Of a DNA stretch of 64,000 bases, positions 1 to 9,591 are shown one piece after another. This DNA comes from Escherichia phage vB_EcoM_G17, in sequence record MK327931.1. One strand, 5' to 3'. A model generated the notes under the pieces. That model did not search any database. It saw only the letters and a list, made by a program, of their open reading frames with translations, and was not told where the DNA came from. Numbering within the stretch: the stretch's first letter is position 1; the number at the start of each line of letters is the position of its first letter. The position numbers and the translations under genes were made by a program.

Positions 1-292
1 ATACTATCAGTGTATGTGATTGTTTTTAGAAATGATTTTATATTTCTATTAAACCAATACCACTTTTTGTTTTTATTATAACAACTATACCATTTCTTCA
101 ATATATCAATTGCTTCAGAATTAATTTTTAAAGCAAATTCATCAATTAAAAACATATGATGGTAAAAAATATCACTTTGTTCTTCAGTTAAATTATATTG
201 CTGCATATTCACCTACCCTAGTAACAATGATTCCTTGGGTATTTAGCTCATATAGATCAAAATATGATCAATGGAAAATTGATATACAGCAA

Positions 293-322
293 TAAAAATA
301 GGAATCCCATGATAGGATTCCT
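293..322 (-). terminator. rho-independent terminator downstream of gene 333..779
   Basis: Inverted repeat AGGAATCC / GGATTCCT (300-307 / 315-322), 7-nt loop; T-run follows on minus strand (plus 293-299). Confidence 0.5.
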
Positions 323-332
323 TTTCACAATA

Positions 333-779
333 TTATTTTTGATATGGGGTGTACTGATATTTTTCACAATCAGAAACAGTTAGAACACCTTCATCATAAC
401 CATATTGAAGTACAAGGTCAAATGCTTTATCAACCATAGCAACAACATCTTTATAACGAACAATCTTATGAGATTGATTCTCAACTGCTTTCATAATCCC
501 CATTAGCAACCAGCGACCTTCATCGGTGTGTAATTTAGCAAAGCGTGGACGCTTTGTCGCTGCCATAATATCAGTCCATTCAGCTTTAAAAATGTGTGGA
601 CGTTTTGGAATATCATATAGTGTAGTAGGGAAAGTTACATTATTTTTCTTCATTGCTTCTGCTTGTGCTGCACGATAGCCCTGACGATATAATGGATGCT
701 GCATTTTTAGCTGTTCAGCACTTAGAACTACTTTTGCTTTGTATGCGTCATAACCATCTTTATATTGTGCATTGGACAT
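333..779 (-). CDS. hypothetical protein (148 aa)
   Basis: Uninterrupted minus-strand ORF, co-oriented and tightly packed with neighbours; no motif recognised. Confidence 0.55.
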   Translation of the reverse strand: MSNAQYKDGYDAYKAKVVLSAEQLKMQHPLYRQGYRAAQAEAMKKNNVTFPTTLYDIPKRPHIFKAEWTDIMAATKRPRFAKLHTDEGRWLLMGIMKAVENQSHKIVRYKDVVAMVDKAFDLVLQYGYDEGVLTVSDCEKYQYTPYQK

Positions 780-780
780 A

Positions 781-1098
781 TTATTCTTTTACCTCATCAG
801 TTTGAATGTATTTTTTGTCAGAGAATGTACCGTGTTCTTTACGCACAGCTTCTGCATGTTGAACCGCATCAACTGGATTAATGTTCTTTTTAATTAGTAC
901 TTCATTCATTAATTCAAGTACAATTGCAAAACCATTCAGCACACGCTCAGATTCATCTACATTTTTTAATTCAAGTGCTACTGCACTAATTTGATCGAAC
1001 GCAACATTAATAAAATCGGAATCTTCTAATACATTTGCTACTTCCGTATTATTACGTACTAGTACTTTCATATAATCTCCACAAAGATGATGCCCCAT
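781..1098 (-). CDS. hypothetical protein (105 aa)
   Basis: Minus-strand ORF ending 1 nt before the next gene start; no motif recognised. Confidence 0.5.
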   Translation of the reverse strand: MGHHLCGDYMKVLVRNNTEVANVLEDSDFINVAFDQISAVALELKNVDESERVLNGFAIVLELMNEVLIKKNINPVDAVQHAEAVRKEHGTFSDKKYIQTDEVKE

Positions 1099-1119
1099 AT
1101 TGAGGCATCAAAATCTATC

Positions 1120-1815
1120 TTACACCCACTCTTCTACACCACCGCGACGCTTAACTAAGTACTTGCCTTCTTCGTTACGTGGACCAAGAATAATACCATC
1201 AATGAAACCATGTTCACCATATTCAAGTGCTTCTTCTGCATTTAACCACAAATCGCGGTCAGCATCTTTTAGTAATTGTTCATGTGATACACCTACAGCT
1301 TCTGCAATTTCTTTGGTCAACAATGTATTCAGTGCATCAGAATGTTGTAGGGAAATCTTCTGGTCTGTAATTAGACCTTGTGTACCAGAACTTACTTGGT
1401 GACACATGAAGTATGAGCGTTTACCACCTAAACGGAAACCTTTAGTCCCAATAACAGATTGTGTATAGCAACCCATTGATGCTGCATAGCCCATTACTAC
1501 AGTGCGAATTGGCGAAATACAAGACTTAGCAACATCTGCAATACCCAAACCTGCGTGTACTGAACCACCCGGTGAACTAATGTAGAATGTAATAGGGGAA
1601 TCACCTTGTGAGTCTAACCATACCAATTGTTGTTTGATGATATGTGCCATTTGATCATTGAAATCAGTATCAAGGAAAATGATACGGTCTTGCATCATAC
1701 GAGATGCTAGATCATATGTACGTTCTGAACCATTAACTTTCTCAACTACGTAAGGAATAGAAATGTTACGTACTTCGCCATTAGCATAACCACCAAACAT
1801 GAATTGTTCAACCAT
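1120..1815 (-). CDS. clpP: ClpP-family serine protease homologue
   Basis: 231 aa; ClpP/S14-like core: 'ISSPGGSVHAGLGI' (GGS nucleophile region), 'MGYAASMGC', 'MCHQVSSG' (His region). Confidence 0.7.
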   Translation of the reverse strand: MVEQFMFGGYANGEVRNISIPYVVEKVNGSERTYDLASRMMQDRIIFLDTDFNDQMAHIIKQQLVWLDSQGDSPITFYISSPGGSVHAGLGIADVAKSCISPIRTVVMGYAASMGCYTQSVIGTKGFRLGGKRSYFMCHQVSSGTQGLITDQKISLQHSDALNTLLTKEIAEAVGVSHEQLLKDADRDLWLNAEEALEYGEHGFIDGIILGPRNEEGKYLVKRRGGVEEWV

Positions 1816-1879
1816 TATTAATTTCCTCTATTATTTCGTTGTTGTGAGTATTATATCACTAAGATTTAAAATGTCCAAA

Positions 1880-2320
1880 CTATTTTACTGGAATATTTGA
1901 AAAGAAATCAGTCATCCAATACGCCGTCTCTTTGTTGAATAATACTGGATCAAACTTAAGTAACTCAACATGACTTGTATCATACACGCTTGTATCGGTA
2001 ATGTCAAACAAAGTTTTAGTACTGAATAGTGGATTACTCACTAGAAAGTAGTAATCAGCAGTAGTGCTAATGTCATCATAAAACACACCGTCATACCATC
2101 CATCATCATATACATAAACAGAATCGTCATGAAGATAGTAAACTTCTATATGTAAACTCAAGTTCTTCATGGTTTCAATCATTTTTGCCGTATGAGGATT
2201 TAACTTATTGACATTTTCAAACACATAAGAGTGTTTTTTATTCATATCAACAAATGAAAATATTCGTACTGAACGTATATTCATATTACTCCAAATAAAC
2301 AAGTGAATTAATGAAATCAT
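1880..2320 (-). CDS. hypothetical protein (146 aa)
   Basis: Minus-strand ORF; no motif recognised. Confidence 0.5.
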   Translation of the reverse strand: MISLIHLFIWSNMNIRSVRIFSFVDMNKKHSYVFENVNKLNPHTAKMIETMKNLSLHIEVYYLHDDSVYVYDDGWYDGVFYDDISTTADYYFLVSNPLFSTKTLFDITDTSVYDTSHVELLKFDPVLFNKETAYWMTDFFSNIPVK

Positions 2321-2669
2321 ATTTCAATTTATCATCAACATAATTCAAATCAACTTTAATCATCGGAGCATGGGAACGTATAGACAGTGTTTCCATAAAG
2401 TACTGATTAAGTTTGTATGTATGGAAAAGATGAATATCTCGTTTCAATACCACCATTACTTCCCCGAACAGATCACAGAGTTCAACTTCAGTGTTAGTTG
2501 GGTCAAACCCATAACGATTCTTTAATGTACGTGGTTCTTTATTTCGATAATAATGCACAGCTTTATTACTATTCACTAACAAGTGATGATATGCATTACT
2601 ATAAACTGAGCAAATAACTCGGCTTGGATAATTGGTATATTCTGGCAGTTCAAAATAAATTAATGACAC
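2286..2669 (-). CDS. hypothetical protein (127 aa)
   Basis: Minus-strand ORF; overlaps the downstream gene by 35 nt, so start/stop context is uncertain. Confidence 0.45.
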   Translation of the reverse strand: MSLIYFELPEYTNYPSRVICSVYSNAYHHLLVNSNKAVHYYRNKEPRTLKNRYGFDPTNTEVELCDLFGEVMVVLKRDIHLFHTYKLNQYFMETLSIRSHAPMIKVDLNYVDDKLKYDFINSLVYLE

Positions 2670-2681
2670 AATATCCTCTCA

Positions 2682-3485
2682 TTAAATTTCAAATACAAAT
2701 TTAGGATTGTAATCAAAATTCTCACAAGCTCCACTGTATGATTCATAGCCTCGTGGATTACAAATGATACGTGTCTTACCAATGTGGTAGTCAAAACTAC
2801 TATGAACATGACCATGAATCCAAACATCAGCACCCAAATCTTCAATGTACTGATCCATATCGGAACAGTAACAACCATTCAGTGAATCATTTTTATATTT
2901 TGGTGAAACACTTTGATAACTTGGTGCGTGATGGGTAACCACGATGACCTTGAAATCATTATCATGCATAAAGCGAACTGTGTCAATAGAATTTTTGATA
3001 AATTGTTTATCTTTGTGATGCATAAACTCAGTATCATCTGGTGTCAGTTTCTTACGCCAAGGCTCTGATGTTGTTCCATGACGGATATGTTTGTAATCGT
3101 TCATCTTCAGACGAGCATCAAACTTCGTCAAAGAATTACCTTTATCGAAGTCTGTCCACAGAGTACTACCAACAAGCAGTACTCCGTCCAGCCATACAAA
3201 TTTGTTTTGCAAAAAGATGAAATTTGGAATCTCATCTTGCATATCGGACAGTACTTTATGCGTTTTGTGGATATTGGAACCATAATATTCATGATTGCCA
3301 GGAACCAGTACTACATTCTTAAACTGCTTACATAGTGATTCTATACCAGTACGGTAACGACTGCGTTTAACTTCATCGAAGTCCCCAGCAATAATCAGTA
3401 CTGTATCACTGTAATCACCACTATGGAGGTAATCAGTCCCACCGTGTACATCAGATGTTACAACAAATTTCATAATCACCTCCAA
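2682..3485 (-). CDS. calcineurin-like metallophosphoesterase
   Basis: Metallophosphatase motifs 'SDVHG', 'IAGDFDE', 'PGNHEYY', 'VVTHHAP', 'HGHVHSS'. Likely true start is the second Met (MKFVV, 3473). Confidence 0.7.
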   Translation of the reverse strand: MEVIMKFVVTSDVHGGTDYLHSGDYSDTVLIIAGDFDEVKRSRYRTGIESLCKQFKNVVLVPGNHEYYGSNIHKTHKVLSDMQDEIPNFIFLQNKFVWLDGVLLVGSTLWTDFDKGNSLTKFDARLKMNDYKHIRHGTTSEPWRKKLTPDDTEFMHHKDKQFIKNSIDTVRFMHDNDFKVIVVTHHAPSYQSVSPKYKNDSLNGCYCSDMDQYIEDLGADVWIHGHVHSSFDYHIGKTRIICNPRGYESYSGACENFDYNPKFVFEI

Positions 3486-3492
3486 TAAATGG

Positions 3493-4911
3493 TTAACCTA
3501 ATGCGTCAATAATACTGTTTGAGAACACTTCAACAGCACTCTCACGAATTTCTAAGATACGAGTATAATCATCACAAGTGTTTTTGTCAAATCTAAATTC
3601 AATAAACACTGGTAAGAACAGTGATGGCTCACCAGTACGCTTGTCGAATACAATGTCATTACACTCAACTGTAACCACTTTACCAATAAGTTCTTGCATT
3701 CTTTCCCAAATGGTTTTAAATGTCCATTCAGCATCTTTCTCTTTGATACCAGTACCCACATTAACTTTCAATGAACCACAAGCACTTTCCAGTTGTAAAG
3801 AACCTAGGCTTCCTTTACGTTTACCTTCACCTTCATTGAAACCAACAATACGTAAGTCCAGTTGCATTTTCAATTTCATTTTCAACTGCTTAGGTGAAGT
3901 ATGAGATTTCCAGATACCATCTTCACATTTCAGTACTGAACCCTCTTCACCTTCGTTCATTAGTTCACTATTGTACTCAAATGCTTCTTTGATGTTTAGA
4001 ACTTTACGGAATCCAACCATACGAACAAAATCACTATTGAGTTCGTTAATTGCATCTACTAAGATCTCGCGACGTTCTTTACGTTTTACATCCCATACAC
4101 CTTCACAAAATGCATCATATGGAACAACATCCCATAGAACGAATACAGTACGCATTGCTTCATTCTGACTGATGCTATCTTTACCAGCTTTCTGAATTAT
4201 ACCGTTGCCAGTAGTGCGTGGGAGAATGGTTTCTCCATCATTGTCCAGTACTACACCTTCCCCCATAAAGACTACACCACTACTAAAACGTTCATCTTTA
4301 CTTTGGATGATGTGAGCAAGACCTGCCATCTCACCATCACGACAACCCAGGAAGTCGTATAGTTTACCATTACGGGATGTAGAAGTTAATGAACCATTAA
4401 TGACAACGTGGTTTAAGTACTGACCATCCATTTTCACTTCTGATATAGCGTAACCATAATCTTTGAAGTTGATGTTCTTTGCAGTCTTTTTGTCAATCAA
4501 AGAACAACGCATATATGGTTCGTCTTTGATGAATCCTTTACCAAACACATCATTGCAGTTCTTCTCCTGAATACCACAATCAAGGTTCTTAGTGAGCATT
4601 CTACGTAGAACTTCCTGATCATCTTCAGATACAGAACCCAGTACTGAAGCAATGAAATCACGCCCCGCATTTCCTGTCACATCACGCTTGTAAATGCATT
4701 CTAGCTTATCAATTGCTTCATCTAACGTCATATGTTGATATACGTCATCAGCGGCAGGGAGCTTCTTATAGCCACTAACGATAGAAGGGTCTAGAGTATA
4801 TTTCAGTACTTTTTGTAAAGTTACATTATCTTTATTTTGTTCAAGAATAGCCTTTTTGCCCAGAGTACTGCTAGTATTTTTAATGCTTTCAAGAATTGCT
4901 AAAATGCTCAT
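3493..4911 (-). CDS. 30: ATP-dependent DNA ligase (T4 gp30-like)
   Basis: 472 aa; N-terminus 'ILAILESIKNTSSTLGKKAILEQNKDN' parallels T4 gp30 as recalled; adenylation motif 'KMDGQ'; 'EGVVLD'-type motif. Confidence 0.85.
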   Translation of the reverse strand: MSILAILESIKNTSSTLGKKAILEQNKDNVTLQKVLKYTLDPSIVSGYKKLPAADDVYQHMTLDEAIDKLECIYKRDVTGNAGRDFIASVLGSVSEDDQEVLRRMLTKNLDCGIQEKNCNDVFGKGFIKDEPYMRCSLIDKKTAKNINFKDYGYAISEVKMDGQYLNHVVINGSLTSTSRNGKLYDFLGCRDGEMAGLAHIIQSKDERFSSGVVFMGEGVVLDNDGETILPRTTGNGIIQKAGKDSISQNEAMRTVFVLWDVVPYDAFCEGVWDVKRKERREILVDAINELNSDFVRMVGFRKVLNIKEAFEYNSELMNEGEEGSVLKCEDGIWKSHTSPKQLKMKLKMQLDLRIVGFNEGEGKRKGSLGSLQLESACGSLKVNVGTGIKEKDAEWTFKTIWERMQELIGKVVTVECNDIVFDKRTGEPSLFLPVFIEFRFDKNTCDDYTRILEIRESAVEVFSNSIIDALG

Positions 4912-4922
4912 TGTATATTCCT

Positions 4923-6125
4923 TTATAGATAATACTTTCCAATATAAAGTGGATTACTAATTGATAGTTGAACGTGACATGGTTTGTCTTGGTAGTAACG
5001 AGTGCTTGATGTTTTGCGTTCATTTGGTGGGAAGAATGGGGAACGATAGCCATTCCATGTACTAAATGATGAGTGTTCATTAATATCAACATCCATTACC
5101 ATAATCCCATTATCATCAATTTGAACTGGATATGCACTAAAGCGTTCAAATTTATCATTATAATGGATATTATAATCTCCACTACGCCCATAATAACTAC
5201 GCGTTGTATTATTACTTACACCAAAAAATACGCGATATGTTTGTTCATTATCTTTAGTCATAAATGGTACGTTCTCGTTGAAACGTCCATTATTCATAAG
5301 ATCATCAACATTTATTTCTTCGTATTTAATTTTAAGGTCTTTTGCTTTAAATGATTTATTGTGTACCAGTACTGGAATGTTAGATTCACCTAATGGGTTA
5401 TGTCTGTTTGTTCTATAGCTTTGCCAAAATTCATTAGCAAGTTTAATTTCTTCATCTGCCGTAGTCTTCTTATTCAAGAGTGCACGAGGTTCAAGATTGT
5501 AATTATCCAAACGTTGATTCAATGCATAAGTTCCACGAGTACTGTTAAAAAGTAAATGATAAACTGAACTTTTGTCGGGATATGCAAATTCTTTAGTTTT
5601 CTTTATACAAATTGCATGTACTTTACCGCAGTAATAGTAATCTTCTTTAAGATAAGTGAAACCATCACCAACTTTAAGACCTGCTACAGTTTCTTTTTGT
5701 TGTTCTTTTTTATTTTCTTTTTCAACTAACTTAGCAAACGTTTTTGTTTTACCATTAATTAATTCTAAGTTATTGTTGAAAAACATTGGGTCTACAAAAA
5801 CACCTTTGATTATATCGTTATTGATAATTAAATCATTCATGTTTTTTGCACTAATCATAAATTCAAATCCTTCTGGGTGACGGATCGTGAAATATGTTTC
5901 TCGTGCATGAGTTGTTAATTTATCAACTACACAAAATCCCGTAGTTGGAACGTTGTCAATATATAACGATGGAAGATTGTTCTTCTTTGCCCAGTACTCT
6001 GCTCTCTCTTTCTTTGTTTCAAACGCTTTTGTATGTGATTTTGTTGCATCGATAATAAAACCATCAACTTGGTTGTGGTTTACATAGGAACGTGCAACAA
6101 ATAACTTCTCTGGAAAATCCATCAA
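4923..6125 (-). CDS. hypothetical protein (400 aa), immediately upstream of ligase
   Basis: Long minus-strand ORF; no catalytic motif recognised. Confidence 0.55.
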   Translation of the reverse strand: MMDFPEKLFVARSYVNHNQVDGFIIDATKSHTKAFETKKERAEYWAKKNNLPSLYIDNVPTTGFCVVDKLTTHARETYFTIRHPEGFEFMISAKNMNDLIINNDIIKGVFVDPMFFNNNLELINGKTKTFAKLVEKENKKEQQKETVAGLKVGDGFTYLKEDYYYCGKVHAICIKKTKEFAYPDKSSVYHLLFNSTRGTYALNQRLDNYNLEPRALLNKKTTADEEIKLANEFWQSYRTNRHNPLGESNIPVLVHNKSFKAKDLKIKYEEINVDDLMNNGRFNENVPFMTKDNEQTYRVFFGVSNNTTRSYYGRSGDYNIHYNDKFERFSAYPVQIDDNGIMVMDVDINEHSSFSTWNGYRSPFFPPNERKTSSTRYYQDKPCHVQLSISNPLYIGKYYL

Positions 6126-6541
6126 ATTGTCCTCATTGTGCTGATTGCTTTTAATGTGTCAAACAATGCACCATATTTTACTTGCATTAGTTGATCACCA
6201 GCAGGAAGATTCATACGCATAACAGCCATGTCTTCAATCATTTCAGACGTACACAGTACTGCTACACAGGTAATAGCATCATTCAATCCAGCTTCATTGA
6301 ATTTGGCAAACGGAACTTTTCCCTGTTTGCTAAGGTTGTTATAATAAGAATTTAACTTATCATGTCCACCAGCATTTAGTACTACAATAGTTTCGTGTTC
6401 ATAGTACCATTCATCAATAATAGTACTGAAAGCAGTACCTTCATATTCTTTAATTAGTTTAACACCAGCATGGAATGCTTGAATACCAGCTTGGACACCT
6501 TGGCAGTACATATTAGTTAAGCAATACAATTTCATTTCCAT
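6122..6541 (-). CDS. hypothetical protein; weak resemblance to Pth2-type peptidyl-tRNA hydrolase
   Basis: 139 aa; 'GVQAGIQAFHAGV' and 'ETIVVLN...EAGLNDAITCVAV' loosely recall Pth2 motifs. Tentative. Confidence 0.4.
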   Translation of the reverse strand: MEMKLYCLTNMYCQGVQAGIQAFHAGVKLIKEYEGTAFSTIIDEWYYEHETIVVLNAGGHDKLNSYYNNLSKQGKVPFAKFNEAGLNDAITCVAVLCTSEMIEDMAVMRMNLPAGDQLMQVKYGALFDTLKAISTMRTI

Positions 6542-6759
6542 ACCTCTTGTTTTTCTACGTAGCCTTTCCCATCACAGTGTGGACAAGCATAAAAGCTGCG
6601 GTAATCTTCTGACGGTACTTGTTGTGTTCCATTACATGTAGGACATACTTTACGTGCACCAGAAATAATACGTTCATGGTGTTCAGCTTGTTTAGCTGAA
6701 TCAAAAATACGACCATCTTCAGTTTGGTATTTTTCTACCATAACTTGAATTACTTTCAT
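6532..6759 (-). CDS. small Cys-rich (zinc-finger-like) protein
   Basis: 75 aa; two CxxC pairs 'CPTCNG...CPHCDGKG' (DnaJ-type CxxCxG spacing). Confidence 0.5.
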   Translation of the reverse strand: MKVIQVMVEKYQTEDGRIFDSAKQAEHHERIISGARKVCPTCNGTQQVPSEDYRSFYACPHCDGKGYVEKQEVWK

Positions 6760-6769
6760 TTCTATTTCC

Positions 6770-7039
6770 TTATAAAAATGTTAAATCTTCAGTACTTAAT
6801 TGTGATAATTTACCATCATATTCTATTTCAACATATACATCTTGGTCATAAACAGCAACTACACGTTTAATAACTCCAACCTTCACGACATTCTTTTTGT
6901 AGTTGAACTCAACTGAACAACCAATAAGTTTATTTGATAGAATCTCACGTATTTGATTTGCATGGTCTTTTAGGATAGAATTAATAGATTTTTTCATAAT
7001 ATATCTATCATTCAAATATTTTTTAACTACATCATGCAT
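6770..7039 (-). CDS. small hypothetical protein (KYxGKxV-like family)
   Basis: 89 aa; 'NKLIGCSVEF' fits the motif seen in several ~90-aa paralogues. Confidence 0.45.
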   Translation of the reverse strand: MHDVVKKYLNDRYIMKKSINSILKDHANQIREILSNKLIGCSVEFNYKKNVVKVGVIKRVVAVYDQDVYVEIEYDGKLSQLSTEDLTFL

Positions 7040-7044
7040 AATTA

Positions 7045-7803
7045 TTACCTTTTGAAACGATTGAATGAGTACTCATCTTTTTCTTTACGTAAGTATCTCA
7101 TCCCACCACTTTGTGGAGTAGCGAGAGTTAAGTCACCCGTCAAGAACTGACTATCAATCCAAATGCGATTACCGTAAATGAGTGGGTCTGTAACTGCTGT
7201 ATGTCCACTAAAGACACAATGCACTCCATCTAACTTAGGTGCATAATATGTATTATTAGTTCTACAATAATCGAATGTTTTTCTATCCCACAAGCACTTA
7301 TCAATTATATCAGCACTAAGTGATTTTGTCCCATTAACAAATCGTTCCCATGTTGTATATTCCAACGGAACTCCAGCATGAACTAACCCAATCTTCAATC
7401 CTCGGTGATTGATTTGGATAATCATAGGGAGATCCTTTAAGTACTGACGAAAGAATTGAATGCCTGTTCCTCCAACTTCATCAAGGAATTTATCACCACC
7501 ATTACTTATCCAACAATGATACCAATCTCGAAGTGTTTCCGAATCAACGCACATCATCTCATGATTACCCGCAATCATGTAACGATTTTCTCCGAACAAA
7601 AATTCAAAAAGGAGCTTTGAATTTTGTTCTCCACGGTCGATAATATCACCTACACTGAAAACATAATCATTGTGTGTAATACCAAATTCTTTCACTGTAG
7701 CATCCCATAGTTTACCATTACCATGCAAATCACCTACAATGTATAAATCTTTATCATCAGGTACAGTTACTTCTAAGAAGTGTTTCATTATTACTCCAAC
7801 CAT
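7045..7803 (-). CDS. PPP-family Ser/Thr phosphatase-like metallophosphoesterase
   Basis: Motifs 'GDLHGN', 'GDIIDRGEQ', 'GNHEMM' (GDxHG / GDxxDRG / GNHE). Confidence 0.75.
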   Translation of the reverse strand: MVGVIMKHFLEVTVPDDKDLYIVGDLHGNGKLWDATVKEFGITHNDYVFSVGDIIDRGEQNSKLLFEFLFGENRYMIAGNHEMMCVDSETLRDWYHCWISNGGDKFLDEVGGTGIQFFRQYLKDLPMIIQINHRGLKIGLVHAGVPLEYTTWERFVNGTKSLSADIIDKCLWDRKTFDYCRTNNTYYAPKLDGVHCVFSGHTAVTDPLIYGNRIWIDSQFLTGDLTLATPQSGGMRYLRKEKDEYSFNRFKR

Positions 7804-8042
7804 ATAATATTAGTGTGTTTAGTAACTTGTGTTCCAGCAAAAGAACCATCTTTAAGATAAGTATTAATTTTAAAACGCCATTCACCACCACTAATATACA
7901 TATCAGTAATAATATACTTTCCATACCCTCTGGAGTTTATTAATCGTACTTCTTGACCAATATATTTTGGCTTCAGATCATTTATAAAATCATCAGCCAA
8001 AGACATAAGATATCGCAAATGTGATAAGTCAGTGTTGAACAT
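7791..8042 (-). CDS. small hypothetical protein (KYxGKxV-like family)
   Basis: 83 aa; 'KPKYIGQEVRL'. Confidence 0.45.
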   Translation of the reverse strand: MFNTDLSHLRYLMSLADDFINDLKPKYIGQEVRLINSRGYGKYIITDMYISGGEWRFKINTYLKDGSFAGTQVTKHTNIIWLE

Positions 8043-8257
8043 TATTTCTTTCTCTTATATTTGTTAATAATATCTTGGGTAAGTGAAATAAAAATATATA
8101 CTAATGTTACAGGCCAAATAATAGCCATCAGTGCTGCTGTTTGGAGATTCATGATAATCATGATTTCATCTTTAAAACAACCCCAATTAAGTACTAGAAA
8201 GTTGGTTATAAATGTAACAAATGCTACAAAACCATATATTGCAAAAAATGTTATCAT
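8042..8257 (-). CDS. small membrane protein
   Basis: 71 aa; two hydrophobic helices. Confidence 0.45.
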   Translation of the reverse strand: MITFFAIYGFVAFVTFITNFLVLNWGCFKDEIMIIMNLQTAALMAIIWPVTLVYIFISLTQDIINKYKRKK

Positions 8258-8259
8258 AA

Positions 8260-8589
8260 TTATTCCTCATCATCCACTAAAACAAGATAATCCAAACTTA
8301 ACTCGGTATCTATGTAACAATCACAATTCAAGTACTCAATTTCAGCACCTATAGTTCTCCCATTCTTAAATATCTCAATGATTTTCATTCTAGTATTGGG
8401 ATTAATGTGTTCAATGTCGTATTCGTATTCAGGGTCAATATACTCACTTGTCATACGTTTGATGTATTGTTCCGAATATCGTACAGTTTTACCTATAAGA
8501 TCATTACTCAACGTCTGATAAAAATCATCTTGAATTTTGAATAATGACCTATAAAAAATATTATGTTGAATTAGTGGTTTCATTGACAT
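8260..8589 (-). CDS. small hypothetical protein (KYxGKxV-like family)
   Basis: 109 aa; 'NDLIGKTVRY'. Confidence 0.45.
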   Translation of the reverse strand: MSMKPLIQHNIFYRSLFKIQDDFYQTLSNDLIGKTVRYSEQYIKRMTSEYIDPEYEYDIEHINPNTRMKIIEIFKNGRTIGAEIEYLNCDCYIDTELSLDYLVLVDDEE

Positions 8590-9230
8590 TAATCACAACT
8601 TCCAGACGATGAACTTGAATCAGAACTAGAGCTATCATAGGAACAAGAATCAGAGGAAGAACTGCTGTGACGGCTATAATCACTGTAATCATCATTGTTG
8701 TAGATTGGTGATGTTACGATTGCTGCTGCGGTCGCTGCCGTTGCAATTTGTGCAGTATGGTCATGAACACCTAGTTGTGGTTCATCCTTAGATTTACCTT
8801 TGTTCTTACCTTTAGTGTAACGAGCTTTCTTTGCAGTTTTAGTATTTTTCTGTACTTTAGGAGCTTTTGGTTTCACATCTTCAACGACTGGAACTACATT
8901 CACTACAACTTTAGGATCAGTTTCTTCAAGTGTATTATACACTTTAACTTGCATTTGAACTTCAACTTCTTTAACTTCTTCTTTAACTTCTTCTTTAACT
9001 TCTGGAATAACTGTTTCTGGTGCTGGAGTGATTTTATCAAGTTCTTTAGTAATAAAGAAGCTTGTATTTTTCTCACCTAGCATAACAAGAAGACCAATGG
9101 CAATCACTGGACTTAGTACTGTACCAAGTACTACATAACCTAGAACACTTCGGTTATAGTTATATGCAAGCATACCAGAAATAATAATACCGATTACATA
9201 TGCACTGCTAAGAATAATTGGGGTTAACAT
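8589..9230 (-). CDS. membrane-anchored protein with EVKEEVK repeats and Ser/Asp-rich tail
   Basis: 213 aa; N-terminal TM segments, 'EVKEEVKEEVKEVE', basic patch, C-terminus 'SSSSSDSCSYDSSSSDSSSSSGSCD'. Confidence 0.55.
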   Translation of the reverse strand: MLTPIILSSAYVIGIIISGMLAYNYNRSVLGYVVLGTVLSPVIAIGLLVMLGEKNTSFFITKELDKITPAPETVIPEVKEEVKEEVKEVEVQMQVKVYNTLEETDPKVVVNVVPVVEDVKPKAPKVQKNTKTAKKARYTKGKNKGKSKDEPQLGVHDHTAQIATAATAAAIVTSPIYNNDDYSDYSRHSSSSSDSCSYDSSSSDSSSSSGSCD

Positions 9231-9534
9231 ATTCTACTCCTTTGTATATAAATTTACTAACTTCTTCGATGTATAAAGACAACCCTGAACGTTCATTTAG
9301 AACTAACCAAGCACCAAAACCACATCGAATCTCGGATATATGAAACTCTTCTACACTATAAATTGAATACGCGTTAAATGGACATATTTCATCAGATATA
9401 CTTACCACATAGTTATTATTAATTGAATCTAACACCTGGGTATTGTATAAATTATTAGTACTGAAAATCTGCATTAACGAGCTAGAAAGCATCTCGGTTG
9501 TCTTTTCTAATATTGTTAAAAACGAACCATTCAC
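9208..9534 (-). CDS. hypothetical protein (108 aa)
   Basis: Minus-strand ORF. Confidence 0.4.
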   Translation of the reverse strand: MNGSFLTILEKTTEMLSSSLMQIFSTNNLYNTQVLDSINNNYVVSISDEICPFNAYSIYSVEEFHISEIRCGFGAWLVLNERSGLSLYIEEVSKFIYKGVEYVNPNYS

Positions 9535-9591
9535 TTCAACTTCTCCCTATTGGTGATGTAATCAAATTATATCACCGAATTCTGATACGTC

